Assembly (NCBI GenBank): GCA_038087875.1
Contig: JAXLNO010000213.1
Span: 495,414 to 515,413, forward strand
Length of the DNA stretch: 20,000 bases
Direction: 5' to 3'
DNA from: Malacoraja senta
Taxonomy: Eukaryota
Below, in pieces: positions 19,464 through 20,000 of the stretch. The first letter of the stretch is position 1. The number at the start of each line of letters is the position of its first letter. The notes under the pieces are model-generated. The model did not search any database. It had not been told where the DNA came from and worked only from the letters and a program-made list of their open reading frames with translations. A program made the translations under genes and the position numbers.

Positions 19464-19482
19464 ATTATTATTATTATTATTA
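19290..19482 (+). mobile_element. LINE 3' UTR (Rex1-like) ending in AATAAA and a (TTA)n tail
   Basis: ttgcactg...ggag...tcgttgta...caattacaataaagg followed by (TTA)n at 19426-19484. The 5' boundary is uncertain. Confidence 0.5.
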
Positions 19483-20000
19483 TTAAGAGCCCTTTAAGAG
19501 CCCTATCAAGCTCTCTCTTGGAAATATCCAGAGAACAGGCCTCCACCGCCCTCTGAGGCAGAAAATTCCACAGACACACAACTCTCTGGGTGAAAATGTA
19601 TTTCATCTTCTCCGTTCTAAATGCCTTACCCCTTATTCTTAAACTGTGTGTGGCCCCTGGTGCTGGACTCCCCCAACATCGGGAACTTGTTTACTGCCTC
19701 CAGCGTGTCCAAACCCTTAATAATCTTATGTTGCAAAGACAACGCCTCTCATCCTTCTAAATTCCAGAGTACAAATGCCCAGCCGCTCCATTCTCGCAGC
19801 ATATGACAGTCCCGCCATCGCGGGTATTAACCTCGTGAACCTACAATGCACTCCCTCAATAGCAAGAATATCCTTCCTCAAATTTGGGGACCAAAACTGC
19901 ACACAATATTCCAGGTGTGGGCTCACTATGGCCCTATACAAGTGCAGAAGGACCTCTTTGCTCCTATACTAAACTCCTCTTGTTATGAAGAGATATTATG
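19483..20000 (-). mobile_element. CR1 LINE ORF2 C-terminal region, continuing beyond the window
   Basis: MYRAIVSPHLEYCVQFWSPNLRKDILAIEGV...RMERLG...LEFRR and FTQRVVCLWNFLPQRAVEA. Confidence 0.92.

Noticed and set aside
1..20000. CRISPR array or prokaryotic operon/defence system
   Set aside because: No regularly spaced repeat-spacer structure; spliceosomal intron signals and vertebrate retrotransposons show the DNA is eukaryotic.

Overview
Repeat-rich vertebrate genomic DNA. The repeat families (CR1/HER1-type LINEs, a V-SINE/HE1-like SINE, Rex1/Babar, fish-type L1) suggest a cartilaginous fish, probably a skate or ray (inference). The only host gene I can support is an intact two-exon class A GPCR on the minus strand. 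Exon 1 is 6913-6844, a 1717-bp phase-1 GT-AG intron follows, and exon 2 is 5126-4192, giving 334 aa. It is GPR139/GPR142/FMRFamide-receptor-like and has degenerate activation motifs. The rest is a stack of mobile elements: several CR1 and Rex1 fragments, a 3.9-kb 5'-truncated L1, and a 4.9-kb DNA transposon (13320-18246) with TAG...CTA ends, long imperfect TIRs and a 3-bp GAT target duplication (Academ-like). That transposon carries a near-consensus CTCF site and a probable transposase first-exon remnant. Nested inside it are a head-to-tail dimer of a Helitron/Helentron-like element (each unit containing a Penelope-type palindrome with decayed hammerhead-like cores), a non-coding Rex1-tailed retroelement, and a 30-bp locally templated insertion next to an (AT)n palindrome. 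Family assignments come from motif recognition only; no database search was run.
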